In this document: in pieces, positions 21,670 through 32,956 of the stretch
Numbering within the stretch: the first letter of the stretch is position 1
Layout of the letters: the number at the start of each line of letters is the position of its first letter
Source of the DNA: an uncultured Methanosarcinaceae archaeon
GTDB taxonomy: Archaea; Halobacteriota; Methanosarcinia; Methanosarcinales; Methanosarcinaceae
Reading direction: 5' to 3'
Length of the DNA: 64,000 bases
Assembly: GCA_963847185.1 (NCBI GenBank)
Contig: CAWJYV010000003.1
Span: forward strand, 1-64,000
Notes under the pieces: model-generated
The model's input: only the letters and a program-made list of their open reading frames with translations
Databases searched by the model: none
What the model was told of the DNA's origin: nothing
Made by a program: the position numbers and the translations under genes

Positions 21670-21801
21670 AGAAAAAGATAGTCTCAGAGAAGACTCACCC
21701 TAAAATGTAAAATGAAGAATTTAATAAGAAGTATTTGATTTGAAAAGAGAGAACTGTTTTAAAGTATACAGTGAATTTTAAAAAATAAAGCCGTTTTTTA
21801 T

Positions 21802-22113
21802 TTAGATCTTGGCCTTTACCCGGGCTTCATCCGGAGAATCTTCTCGCAGCACTTCTACGGCGTACAGAGGGTCTCCCTGCAGGGCAGCAAAGGGGTTCCT
21901 CGCGCTTTTTTCGTCACCTATCCAGACAGAGTTAGTGCAGTACATGCAACAGCAACGCGTTGTATACAGATTGTTTTCAGGCCTGTAGCTGCCGCAGCAG
22001 TTGATTCCTCGCAGAACTCCATGTTTGCAGAGGACAAGCTGTCTGGTAAGGTGCAAATCCTATTCAATATCTTCCTGAATCTGTTTCTGGTTTATTTGTT
22101 CTTTTGAATTCAC
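21802..22113 (-). CDS. Cys-rich putative metal-binding protein with in-frame TAG at codon 18 (pyrrolysine readthrough or pseudogene)
   Basis: GGGGT RBS + GTG at 22113; open frame MNSKEQINQKQIQEDIE-TAG-DLHLTRQLVLCKH...CC...CCCMYC to TAA. Confidence 0.65.
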
Positions 22114-22451
22114 AATTATACCCCGTTTATAATTATGTGTTATATACATTTAAAACTTTCTAAATCAGTATGTGTTTTTACAATATTGAAGTTCTTATAA
22201 CATACTGGGTAATGGGATCATAGCAGGAAAATCATATCCAACCAATTGTGAAAACGGCAATGATTCTTTTTTAAAGAAACTTTTTATCTGTCTTCCTCAT
22301 TTCTAAATATACGCAACGTTTTTAAGCATCTTATAATTATTATGGTGCTGACTGTTAATTATTACTTTTGATATCCTTAATCTGCATCCGGACCACTGAA
22401 ATACAGGAGATGTAAGATTAATCTAAAAATTCAAAATTGAGGCTTTTAAAA

Positions 22452-22703
22452 ATGCAGTACCAGGCAACAGTTAGAATTGAACAGAAGGCAGGTATTCTTG
22501 ATCCTGAAGGCACTACCGCAAAAAGAGCCCTTGGGCATCTTGGTTACGAGGTAAGCAGCGTAAAGACAGCAAAGCTGTATGAAATTATACTCGAAGCTGA
22601 GTCTGCAGAGATTGCAGAGAAAAAAGTTGACGAGATGTGCCAGAAGCTTATCGCAAACCCGATAGTCCACAACTACACAATAAAACTCACGGAACTTAGC
22701 TGA
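22452..22703 (+). CDS. purS: Phosphoribosylformylglycinamidine synthase subunit PurS
   Basis: GILDPEG...LIANPIVHNY; adjacent to purQ. Confidence 0.96.
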   Translation: MQYQATVRIEQKAGILDPEGTTAKRALGHLGYEVSSVKTAKLYEIILEAESAEIAEKKVDEMCQKLIANPIVHNYTIKLTELS

Positions 22704-22776
22704 GAATTTTCCCGTGGAAGATGGATTGAAACGTCAGAAAAGCTAAAGCTTTGAATGCTGAAATTGAGGGAAAAAA

Positions 22777-23475
22777 ATGAAGATTGCCATTATTCAGTTC
22801 GGAGGCTCAAACTGCGATCTGGACGTCCTCCATGTCCTTAAAGATGTCGTGGGCGTTGATGCCGAAACTGTCTGGTACAAACAGGAAAATCTGACAGGCT
22901 TTGACGGAGTTGTTGTCCCTGGAGGTTTTTCCTACGGAGATTATCTTAGAGCAGGGGCAATTGCAGCCCGGACTCCGATTATGGATTCAGTGAAAAAACT
23001 TGCAGCCGAAGGAAAACCAGTCCTTGGAATTTGCAATGGTTTTCAGATTCTCACAGAAGCCCGGCTTCTTGAAGGAGCTCTTACAACCAACGAGTATCCA
23101 AAATTCAGGTGCCACTGGACGAACCTTAGAGTAGAGACAACAGATACGCCTTTTACCTCGAAATTCAAAAAAGGCGAAGTAATCAGGATGCCCATTGCCC
23201 ATATGGAAGGAAAGTTCTATGCTGAAGAAAAAGACCTGGCAGAACTTGACGAAAACAACCAGGTAGTTTTCCGCTATGTGGATGAAAATGGAAAAGTAAC
23301 TGATGAAGCTAATCCCAACGGTTCGCTGGAAAACATCGCAGGAGTAGTAAACGCTTCAAAAAACATTCTCGGACTCATGCCTCACCCTGAAAGGGCTTCA
23401 GAGTCAATCCTTGGTTCAGATGACGGCCTGCGGCTTTTCGAGTCTATGGTTGATTATATTGCCAAGAATTTCTAA
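22777..23475 (+). CDS. purQ: Phosphoribosylformylglycinamidine synthase subunit PurQ
   Basis: PGGFSYGDYLRAG, LGICNGFQIL, NPNGS, GLMPHPER. Confidence 0.97.
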   Translation: MKIAIIQFGGSNCDLDVLHVLKDVVGVDAETVWYKQENLTGFDGVVVPGGFSYGDYLRAGAIAARTPIMDSVKKLAAEGKPVLGICNGFQILTEARLLEGALTTNEYPKFRCHWTNLRVETTDTPFTSKFKKGEVIRMPIAHMEGKFYAEEKDLAELDENNQVVFRYVDENGKVTDEANPNGSLENIAGVVNASKNILGLMPHPERASESILGSDDGLRLFESMVDYIAKNF

Positions 23476-23976
23476 ATCTCTTTTTTTCTTTAATTTGTTT
23501 TCTATTTTTTATTAATCTCTTTATTTTTTATTAGTTGTTCAAATTTTGACAAATTTATTAAATTCCTTTGTTTTTGATTATTTGTTAAATTTTGATAATT
23601 TCATTTCTCTATTTTCAATCTTTTAAGCTTTTTAAGCTCTTTTTATTTTTTAAAAACTATAACTCTTTCACTTCAGTTAATTTACTAATTATATTTTTGA
23701 ATTAATGGTATTCTCTACTTCTCATTTTTTCTCCTATTTTCTTTTTTCAAAAACAAACTCTCAGATTTTAATTTTCGGGCGCCTCTCATAAAATAGATAT
23801 CCTGGTCGCAAGAAATCAATAAGAGAAGCATATAAAAAGAAGTTCAGATTTATTATTCAGGATATATATTTCAAAATGTATTTATTGTTCCACATTATTA
23901 ATGTTATGAGTTATTATAAAGACAGTGTTTATTTTTCTGTCTTTATAACTTAATTATTTAAGGGGAGTACGGATTA

Positions 23977-25008
23977 ATGAAAAGCGAGTCAATTAAAAAT
24001 ATTTGTATAATTCTTATTCTTGTGCTTGGGATAACAGTGAGCCAGGCAGGTGCTGCAGTTATAACCGTGAATTCAAATGGGGGAGGAAACTATACTACAA
24101 TCCAGGAAGCAGTTGATAGTGCACAAAACGGGGATACAATTCTAGTATTTCCTGGAATATATAACGAAAATGTAAGAGTAAACAAAGAACTTACAATAAC
24201 TTCAAACTCCTCTCTCACCGGAGACGAGTTAAATCGAACATATGTATTGGGAGCTAATCCTGATAATGATGTTTTTTCCATCAACTCAAATAATGTAATA
24301 ATAGAAGGTTTCTTTGTTTCAGGGGGTCCTTCTGGAACGGGACAAAACGAGGTGGGAATTTCCCTTAAGGGAGCGAACAGCTGTTCATTAATTAACAACG
24401 CCGTGATATTGAACGATATTGGAGTTCTTCTCTCGGGCGCTCAGGGTAATAACCTTACCGGCAATCTCATAAGCCTCGGAAATGAAGGAATTTCCCTTGT
24501 GAACTCTCAGCAGAATGTACTGTCTTACAACTCGGTAGTAGCAAATAGCAAAGGAATTTTACTGAACAACTCAGTCAATAATAAAATTGATAATAACACA
24601 GTAGACTCAAACTCAGTAGGAATTTATCTAAACTCAGCAAGCGGAAATACATTTGCCTATAACCTCATCTCCAAAAACGACCATGGATTTTCTGGCCAGG
24701 CTTCACAGTCCAATTACCTGATCAATAACAGTCTGTACATAAATGGAATTGGAGTGGAGCTTAAACAGTCCTCAAATAACGCAATCTTTGCGAATGAATT
24801 CATTAACTTCCTTAATGCCATAGATGATGGAAATAACATGTGGAACAGCAGTTCTGCAGGTAATTACTGGAATAATTATAATGGAACGGATGCTGGAAAC
24901 GGTATAGGAAATACTCCGTATTACATCAACGTAACAACAGGAATTGCAGATTACATGCCTTTGATTAACTCGACTTTTTCAAGTAGTGAGTCTGCAGGAC
25001 AGGTATAA
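23977..25008 (+). CDS. NosD/CASH right-handed beta-helix cell-surface protein
   Basis: Signal peptide; YTTIQEAVD...GDTILVFPGIY; Asn-rich PbH1 repeats; GNYW...DYMPL. Confidence 0.88.
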   Translation: MKSESIKNICIILILVLGITVSQAGAAVITVNSNGGGNYTTIQEAVDSAQNGDTILVFPGIYNENVRVNKELTITSNSSLTGDELNRTYVLGANPDNDVFSINSNNVIIEGFFVSGGPSGTGQNEVGISLKGANSCSLINNAVILNDIGVLLSGAQGNNLTGNLISLGNEGISLVNSQQNVLSYNSVVANSKGILLNNSVNNKIDNNTVDSNSVGIYLNSASGNTFAYNLISKNDHGFSGQASQSNYLINNSLYINGIGVELKQSSNNAIFANEFINFLNAIDDGNNMWNSSSAGNYWNNYNGTDAGNGIGNTPYYINVTTGIADYMPLINSTFSSSESAGQV

Positions 25009-25243
25009 ACAGTAATTAAGAAACAATAATGGCCAGGAACAATAGGCAAGATCAAAAGTAACTGAGTGGCTCTTTAGTTAAAAAATCCATAAACAATTGC
25101 CACAACTTATTAAATAGCAGGGATAATTCATTTGCAATCCCTGATATCTTTTTTTCAAGAAATAATCTTAATTAATGCTTTGGGGGCTGAGAAGCTTTTT
25201 TGTTTATCTCATTTATTCCTCAGCGTTTATTCTTTTTCAGTCT

Positions 25244-25915
25244 CTATTGTTTTTCAGCCTTTTTCAGCTCTTCTCTTATATTTTCTACTGTCTGCCAGGA
25301 ATGCCTTACAATACCTGGAAACTCTCCACAGTGCTCTTTTCCCCATTTAAGCAGAAATTCCTTTGTTTTAGGATCCGAAGGATATCCGCTGCCGAAATCC
25401 ACGTGCCATTCTTTCTTGAGCTCTTCAATCAATTCGTCCCTTCGCACCTTTGCAATGATAGAGGCTGCCGAGACAGTCGGATAAATTGCATCTGCCTGGT
25501 GCATGGAAATAATCTCTATTTTCTTTGCATGCTCGGGACTGGTTTTAGCATACTGTTTTCGAAGGTTTTCGGCAAACCTTTCAGCTTTGACATCAGCAGC
25601 ATCTGCATACACAAGATCAGGTTTTAGCTCTTCAAGCACTTTTGCAAAACATACCACCATAATCTCGTTCATGCTCATGATCTTCCGAAGTTCGTCTATC
25701 TGAGAGGCGCTGACCTCAAGAATAAAAAAGCCATCTGCATGCTTTTTGATCTGGACTGCAAGCTGCTCCCTTCTTTTAGGCGTCAATTTTTTGGAATCAG
25801 CAACTCCAAGCACCTTAAGGATATGAGCCTTAGATTCATCGATTTTTACGCCTCCTATGCACATTGGCCCGATTACAGGCCCTTTTCCGGCTTCATCAAT
25901 TCCTGCGATCATCAT
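25244..25915 (-). CDS. rnhB: Ribonuclease HII
   Basis: IAGIDEAGKGPVIGP, DSKKL, VSAASIIAKV, FGSGYPSD. Confidence 0.97.
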   Translation of the reverse strand: MMIAGIDEAGKGPVIGPMCIGGVKIDESKAHILKVLGVADSKKLTPKRREQLAVQIKKHADGFFILEVSASQIDELRKIMSMNEIMVVCFAKVLEELKPDLVYADAADVKAERFAENLRKQYAKTSPEHAKKIEIISMHQADAIYPTVSAASIIAKVRRDELIEELKKEWHVDFGSGYPSDPKTKEFLLKWGKEHCGEFPGIVRHSWQTVENIREELKKAEKQ

Positions 25916-26471
25916 TCTCTGTCTGCCTCCTGGTTTGAAGGAAGAGAACTTTTTCATTTATAAAAGTAGTGAAGGTCTGTTTTACAAAGTATTAAAACAG
26001 GACTCTATAAGAATCTTCTGAAAAACAAACTTCCATTGATTTGAACTTAATAGCATGATACATTTTTCCGATTCATATTCCTCTTCTTGCAGTTAGTTAA
26101 TAGAAGATTTCTACAAATCCGTTTTTGAGGTTTCTATATGCAGATAAAAGAGGAAAATAGGTTTAGAGTTAAAACCTTTTAACCTATCTTTTATTAAAAT
26201 TCAGTGGCAATATATTGAAAATGAAAATCTGCTTATAAAAATTTGATTTCTTAGAATATGAAAAGTATAATTTAAAAACAAATACTCTCAAAATTTTTTT
26301 ATACTATTCATACATATTTATAACTATGTTTCTCGGGTTTCCACAATGGTATGTCCTTTTTTTATTAGTCTTGTACCTCTTCTTTGTTATTTTATTTTGC
26401 ATGTCAATCAATTACATCTTGCCTACAGCAAGTACTGACAAATTTGATGATGATTACCATCGGGTGATGCG

Positions 26472-28572
26472 ATGTTAAAAAGAAAATTAGGAATCCTATT
26501 CCTATTAAGTTGCCTTATTCTTGTAAGTGTTCCTGCTGTTTTATGCAGAAGTCCCGCACCGACAGTTTACGTTGCAGGAGATGGAAGTGGAGATTTTAAC
26601 TGCGACGGAAAAGACGACCACGTACAGATTAATCAGGCTTTAAAGTTTGTTGCAGAAAATCCAAGTTACACAACTGTCCACCTTAAAGGACCTTTTACCT
26701 ATGTTATTGACAGCACTCTTTTAATCGGCAGCAATACGACTTTTGAAGGGGACTCTACTGCTGTGATCAAGCTGGTCGACAATGCGGGCTGGACTACGAT
26801 GAAACCTCTTATCCAGCAGATGAGCAGCTCAGGGAATGATAATATTGTAATAAGGGGTTTCGAGGTTAATGGAAATCACGATGGGAATTCCAAAATTTCT
26901 AAGGGTAGAGGTTACTACAATATAATCTACTTCATTCGTTGTAATAATGTAAAAGTATACAATATGTATATGCATGATGGACATGGAGACGGACTAAGGA
27001 TAAAAAATAGTGAAAATGTTCAGTTTTATAATAACAGAATCTCTAAACTGGGACACGATGGATTTTTTGCAATCAATTGCAATAACGTAGAAGCCTGGAA
27101 TAATACTATCACATGCAGGACCAACAGCGGCCTTAGAGTAACGGACTCAAACTACATCAAGTTCCATGATAACTTAATCGATTCCTTTTACCACTGGAGT
27201 GCAGGCGGCTCTGGAATTCTGATTGAAAAAACAACAGGTATCGTTAACGACGTAGAGGTATATAATAATACCATCAATAACACTTACGGGCCTGGGATGT
27301 GGCTGATAGGCTGGTCAGATTCTTATTCCAAGGAAGAAGCACAGAATGTCCACATTCACCATAATATCTTCTATAGCACCGGTACGAATCCCAGTATTGA
27401 CTGGGTAGGAGGAATTTTAACCAGTGGATTTTACGACACTCTCATCGAAAACAATGTCTTTGACAGTGTATATCATGCTGCAATTATTAGCATGTATCCT
27501 ACAGGTACTCACATTTATCCTACATATGAAGTTCAGCCCAGCCTCTCACCTACAGGTACAGGATACACGACAATTGTCCGTAACAATATTATCGTAAACA
27601 CTCTAAAATGCAAAAAAGACTCAAAGTGGGGGATATGGAGTGATCAATAAATTGCCTGAAACACATTCCTTTATTCTGCAAAATAACTGCCTTTACAATA
27701 ACTCAGCAGGCAAATATAAAAACTGTACATCGACAAGTGATATTTACGTAAACCCACTTTTTGTAGACCCGAAAAAACATGACTACCACTTGCAATCTAC
27801 TTCAGGCCGCTGGAATGGAAAAACTTGGGTTAAAGATAGAGTGAGCTCCCGTTGCATTGATGCAGGTTATCTTTCTTCTGATTATTCAAATGAACCTGAA
27901 GACAATGGGGACAGGATCAATATCGGGAGATATGGAAATACAATTTATGCATCAAAATCAAATACGTCAAATAATTATGATGCAGATGGAAATAACTTCA
28001 GTTATTCTGTGAAGATATATGACAACCGTCTGCGTGAAGCTTCTCCTACCAATGTCTTAGGGAGTAATTCATATCTCGATGTTGGGGGAATGAGTACTGG
28101 CAGGTACAGGGATATTATGTGGTTCAATTTAAGTGAACATGTTAATACCACTAAAATAAGCAATGCAACCCTCTCTCTGGTCTGGTATTATCCAAGAAGT
28201 TCACGGGCAAATGATACGATCGTTGAAATTTACAGGCCTGCTTCCTCCTGGAATCCCAGCTATGTGAGCTGGAATAATAGAGATAAAGGCATTGCATGGA
28301 AAAACCCTGGAGGAGACTGGTATGATAAAAACGGAGTCTTGCAGGGCAGTACTCCATACGCAACTCTTACTATAAAGGCCCGTACCTTACCGAACAATAC
28401 TTCCTGTGCGCTTGATGTGACTGATCTCGTAAAAGAGTATGTCAGTAACAAGTATGCTAATACAGGTATCCTGATAAAAGCTCGCACTGAAAGAAACAAT
28501 TATATTGCTTTTTACAGTGCAGAATACGGGAACACAAGTCAGATTCCAAAATTGAATATAAATTATGAATAA
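26472..28572 (+). pseudogene. Disaggregatase-related protein with C-terminal DNRLRE domain, frameshifted near 27620-27632
   Basis: ORFs 26472-27650 and 27640-28572 are consecutive parts of one protein collinear with 17173-18645; YDNRLRE motif in the second part. Confidence 0.85.
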
Positions 28573-28819
28573 AGCATATTTTCAAGGAGTTTTCTGGAAT
28601 TTCGGCAGTGTGTAGATTCTTCTGTAAAATAACAAATTTTAAAAAGTTGTTGGGCAGACAATTCCATATCGGAAGATCAATTATGCTCATCTTACATAAA
28701 AAATTGACTTCAAATTTACAGAAAAATCTACACACTGCCGTTAAACAAAATCTTTTGCTAATAATTGGATGAGATTATTTGAAGAACAAATTAAAAGTGT
28801 AATTAATTCATGAGTTGAC

Positions 28820-28906
28820 TACAATTTTAACTGAATAACCTGATACACTTTTATTGATTTAATTTCAGCCTCTTGCAGTTGAATTTGATATGTTTTCTAC
28901 AGAGCC
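28820..28906. mobile_element. Partial GGCTCTGTAGAA-family MITE, inverted relative to the copy at 15266
   Basis: AACTGAATAACCTGATA...AATTTCAGCCTCTTGCAGTTGAATT...TTCTACAGAGCC is the reverse complement of about 15266-15345. Confidence 0.7.
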
Positions 28907-29172
28907 CTTTTTCTAATTTTATACTAACTACTTCTCGTAAATTTTGCTTAATTCAGTTTCTCAAATTCCGAATCTCCGGTTTGCCAGATCGCCCATCAAA
29001 GCTGTATTATGTTTGCAGGAGTTTCAGTTATTTGAAAAATAGTTGTCTATTTAATAACTATAGTGCTAACTTAAGTGGAATCTATAATAACTAATTACAT
29101 TTTTTATTTTTTCTTATTGTTACATCCTTTTTTATGATCTTATAATGGGTGTCATGGATAATGCTATTTTCA

Positions 29173-30132
29173 TTAGATCGCAATTTTTATTTTTATCCTT
29201 TGTGTTTTCATATAGAACTCATAAGTTTCTTTAATTCCATCTCTCAATGAAATGTTAGCCTTCCATCCAAGGCTACTTAACTTGGTTACATCCATCAGTT
29301 TTCTTGGAGTTCCATCGGGTTTTGAAGAATCATACTTAATTTTTCCTTTGAACCCTACAATTTCTTTTATAATTTTCACAAGTTCACTAATTGGAACATC
29401 CTCTCCAACTCCGATATTCACAAATTCTCCTATTTCAGAAAAGTCATAATTCTCCATCAAAAAAACGCATGCATCTGCCATATCGTTAACATGCATAAAC
29501 TCCCTTAATGGTTTTCCAGTGCCCCATACGATAACTTCAGGTTCGTTGTTTACCTTAGCTTCGTGGAATTTCCTTATCAATGCAGGCATGACATGTGAAG
29601 TTTCGAGATCAAAATTATCGTTTGGTCCGTAGAGGTTGGTTGGCATTACGGAAATGAAGTTGGTTCCATACTGCTGGTTATAGTGTTTGCAAAGCCGGAT
29701 ACCTGCAATTTTTGCTATTGCATAGGCTTCGTTTGTTTCTTCAAGGAGACCTGTAAGAAGATATTTTTCTTTAAGAGGCTGTGGGGCAAATTTTGGATAA
29801 ATGCAAGAGGAACCCAGAAAAAGGAGTTTTTTTACACCATATTTATAAGAAGCATGGATAATATTTGCTTCAATCATCATATTTTCGTAGATAAATTGGG
29901 CAGGGTAAGTGCTGTTAGCAAGGATTCCACCAACTTTTGCTGCAGCTAGGAAAACATATTCAGGCTTTTCCTGCTCAAAAAAATCGTTTACCTCTTGCTG
30001 TTTGGTGAGGTCAAGTTCTTTATGGGTGCGGAGGAGGAGATTTGTGTAGTCTTTGGATTCAAGTTTTCTTTTAAGAGCCGAACCTACGAGACCACGGTGT
30101 CCGGAGATGTATATTTTTGATTCTTTGTCCAT
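29173..30132 (-). CDS. fcl: GDP-L-fucose synthase
   Basis: [54 protein letters not shown]. Confidence 0.95.
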   Translation of the reverse strand: MDKESKIYISGHRGLVGSALKRKLESKDYTNLLLRTHKELDLTKQQEVNDFFEQEKPEYVFLAAAKVGGILANSTYPAQFIYENMMIEANIIHASYKYGVKKLLFLGSSCIYPKFAPQPLKEKYLLTGLLEETNEAYAIAKIAGIRLCKHYNQQYGTNFISVMPTNLYGPNDNFDLETSHVMPALIRKFHEAKVNNEPEVIVWGTGKPLREFMHVNDMADACVFLMENYDFSEIGEFVNIGVGEDVPISELVKIIKEIVGFKGKIKYDSSKPDGTPRKLMDVTKLSSLGWKANISLRDGIKETYEFYMKTQRIKIKIAI

Positions 30133-30742
30133 ATAATTACCCTCAGATGCAATCCACGATTTTTTTAATATCTTACTTTACTCCCCTATATTGTTCCTGG
30201 ATATTTGATTTTTAAAATATATTATATCTCAATTCAGTCAGTTACTTGGAAATATATCCAAACCTTTTTTTCAAATGCTATAATGTACATTAGAGAAAGA
30301 TTACTATTTTTACGAAGCATAAGCCCTTTAATCTCAGTTATATTATGATTTGTAATTAAATCACATGGATAAATTTTTTAGAACGACATTCGATGTGCAA
30401 CTATATAAATTTATTTAAACTCTTATATTTATATAATAATTATTGGGAAATAACATTATTGGAAGAATTTTGACAAGAAAAATGTAGTTATAGTATGAAA
30501 CAACAAGCTTTGAAAAATAATCCTAAGATAAAGTAGAGTCACAATTTCTACAAATATAGTTGAGAAGACTCAGTTCTAAAATCTAGTGATAAAAGTAAGT
30601 GTAACATCACTACACAAATTTATAATCCTATAATTATGTAATGATGTTACGGCAAAAAACGGTGACTATAAATCTCACTCTTAATAACTTTCAGAATTTC
30701 TTTTTCTCATATATCTTTTTAATAGTTTTGATAATGATTTTC

Positions 30743-30856
30743 GGTCGTGGGCATGAGTTATTGAAAACTGTAAGCATAAGAATCTCTCTACATTTTTCTC
30801 AAATACAAAAGATATACTCTCTTTTCGGAATTGATCAATAACCCGCGTACACGACC
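30743..30856. mobile_element. MITE, GGTCGTGGGCATGAGTTATTGA family
   Basis: TIRs GGTCGTGGGCATGAGTTATTGA / TCAATAACCCGCGTACACGACC. Confidence 0.75.
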
Positions 30857-30902
30857 TTTTTTCTACCTTTTAGATATAGAAAGAAAAAATTTTGTAAATG
30901 GC

Positions 30903-32204
30903 TTACTTCCTTGCTTTAATCTTCTCAAAGAGCTGTTTCAAGGTGTCTTCATTGCTCTTTGTAAACCCGAAGGGTGAGTTTGTGAAGGGTTCAAAGTGCA
31001 CAGGTACATCATCAAGCCTGTAGAACGTTCCTTCACACTCCATGGCATCAATAACACCTGGAAGCACAACATCCGATACAACTGTGGTCGGGCAGGGAAC
31101 AATATCCAGACATACCAGGGGAATCTCGGCAAGGTAAGCGGCACAGTCAGCAGGGATATGGCTTACAAGGTCAGCACACATCACAAAGGCTGCATCCACG
31201 TCTTTTTCTCTGAGTACATCCACAGCTGTAAATTCTCCAGGGTTATAACGTGGAATTCCGCGCATGAAGTCAAGCCCGAAGGGGTAGCCGTACATATAAG
31301 AAGCTACCTGGTTAAAGCCTGCAACGTTACAGTGGCCGCGAAGAGCTCCAAGAGTAAACTTGGCGTAATTGTTTAGCTCCTTTACGAGGTTCATGGCAAT
31401 TTCGGAATTCCTGTACTTCCCCATTGAAGATGCAAGCCCGAGGCCTACTGTAATAGCCCCAAAGTTGCAGTTTTTCATCATATCGAGCATTTCTTCCATG
31501 ACAGAGATGGGCACTCCAGTGATCTCTTCTACTGAGGAATGAGGAGTTTTTCCATGAAGCAAAGTAAGAAGTGCACTGATCAGTTCATAATCTGAATTGG
31601 GTTTAAGCTGCACGTGCAGGTCTGAAGCTTCGGTAGTTGGAGTTTTTCTTGGGTCCACAGTGATAACTGTCCTGTCAAAACGCCCTCGTTTGGTCCAGTA
31701 ACCTCTTGGGAAAACTCCATACCTGGACATCTGCCTGGGCATGGATTCAAGAGGATTTGTACCCCAGTAAATGATGAGATCTCCCCTGTTTTTCTTCTGG
31801 CCTTCGGTTGCACCGACTTTTCCTGCTTCCTGGATTCCCATAGCTGTTGGCCCGTGACAGACAGTCGAATTGGAGTCAACAAGCGCACCAAGATATTCTC
31901 CGATTTTAAGCCCTACTTCGTGTGCTTCACAGGAGGTTTCACTACCCATGAAAAGCAGAGGACGCTTTGCCGAAACAAGAATATCGGCAGTTTTTTCGAG
32001 AGCTTCATCCCAGGCAGCAGGAGTCAGTTTTCCGTCAACTTTTACAAGAGGCTGTTTGAGCCTGTGGGAACTAAAAATTTCCTGAAATTTTGCGTTTCCC
32101 ATTTTACATGCGTTTCTAGCTTCAATTTTTCCGTCCCCGAACTCAACCTGGATGTCGTCACAGGTTGCCCCGCAAACAGGACAGATTATATTTTTGTAAA
32201 TCAT
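30903..32204 (-). CDS. fmdB: Formylmethanofuran dehydrogenase subunit B (stand-alone copy)
   Basis: CPVCGATCDD...ACKMG Fe-S motif, VCHGP Mo/W ligand (TGT Cys), RGHCNVAG, GTFYRLD. Confidence 0.92.
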   Translation of the reverse strand: MIYKNIICPVCGATCDDIQVEFGDGKIEARNACKMGNAKFQEIFSSHRLKQPLVKVDGKLTPAAWDEALEKTADILVSAKRPLLFMGSETSCEAHEVGLKIGEYLGALVDSNSTVCHGPTAMGIQEAGKVGATEGQKKNRGDLIIYWGTNPLESMPRQMSRYGVFPRGYWTKRGRFDRTVITVDPRKTPTTEASDLHVQLKPNSDYELISALLTLLHGKTPHSSVEEITGVPISVMEEMLDMMKNCNFGAITVGLGLASSMGKYRNSEIAMNLVKELNNYAKFTLGALRGHCNVAGFNQVASYMYGYPFGLDFMRGIPRYNPGEFTAVDVLREKDVDAAFVMCADLVSHIPADCAAYLAEIPLVCLDIVPCPTTVVSDVVLPGVIDAMECEGTFYRLDDVPVHFEPFTNSPFGFTKSNEDTLKQLFEKIKARK

Positions 32205-32459
32205 GTTTACTCCCCTCCGACATGATATAAAATGCTCTCAGGCAAACCCCTAAAAGCTCCATAGTATAAGTTAATTATTTATCCTCTATTGATAAAATTA
32301 TCCTGTAAAATAATTTTGAAAAATCACTTCCTGGTGACTATCTAATTTAAACAGATATTCTCTATATAAAGTGTCAAAAAATTTAATCAGAGCTAGTTTG
32401 TTTCGAGAAAAAAAGGTTTATTTGATTAAAGGAAAGAGCTGATAATCTTCAACTTACTT

Positions 32460-32812
32460 AGAGCCTCTACTCCCAATTAAAAACAGCTTCTTTATCTATT
32501 TTAATACAAAGTGGGGCAAGGCTTATACCTCTCTTTATCCTAATGATAGCTCTGGCCTTTTAGATTAGCTTCTAAGCATATGCGCCTTCGGGATAGATAT
32601 ACTGCACCAGCCTTCACTATATCCCAGAAATTTCTCAAGGTCCCAATCTGGGATGTCCAGAAAAACATGGTCGAATAGTTATAAAAGAAGCAAAGGTTAT
32701 AGGTTTAAGGTATTCATTTTACTCGTTTTAATTATGCTGTGGAGCCGTCAGATATATATTTGGTCCATTTCGCTACGAGCGATAGCTCTGGACATTGTAA
32801 GTGGCTTCTAGT
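32460..32812 (+). repeat. Dispersed modular repeat family, longest copy 4 (about 1.5 units)
   Basis: Contains modules shared with the other copies; GATAGCTCTGG...GCTTCTA recurs at 32545 and 32781 (236-bp period). Confidence 0.8.
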
Positions 32813-32956
32813 CAGCTACAATACGGACAAAGCTTATCATGTAAACATATCCATTTTAAAAAATAGTTATAATGTAGACTAAACTTTAATGAGTAAATAT
32901 AAAAGCATTTTTAAGCTGACAAACTATCCATAAAAATAGAAATATCGAGGGTTATC

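Noticed and set aside
17990-27130. Diversity-generating retroelement TR/VR pair
   Set aside because: Only one mismatch rather than many adenine-specific changes; both copies are mid-gene; no reverse transcriptase in the window
31850-31865. Selenocysteine in FmdB
   Set aside because: The ligand codon is TGT (Cys) and there is no in-frame TGA
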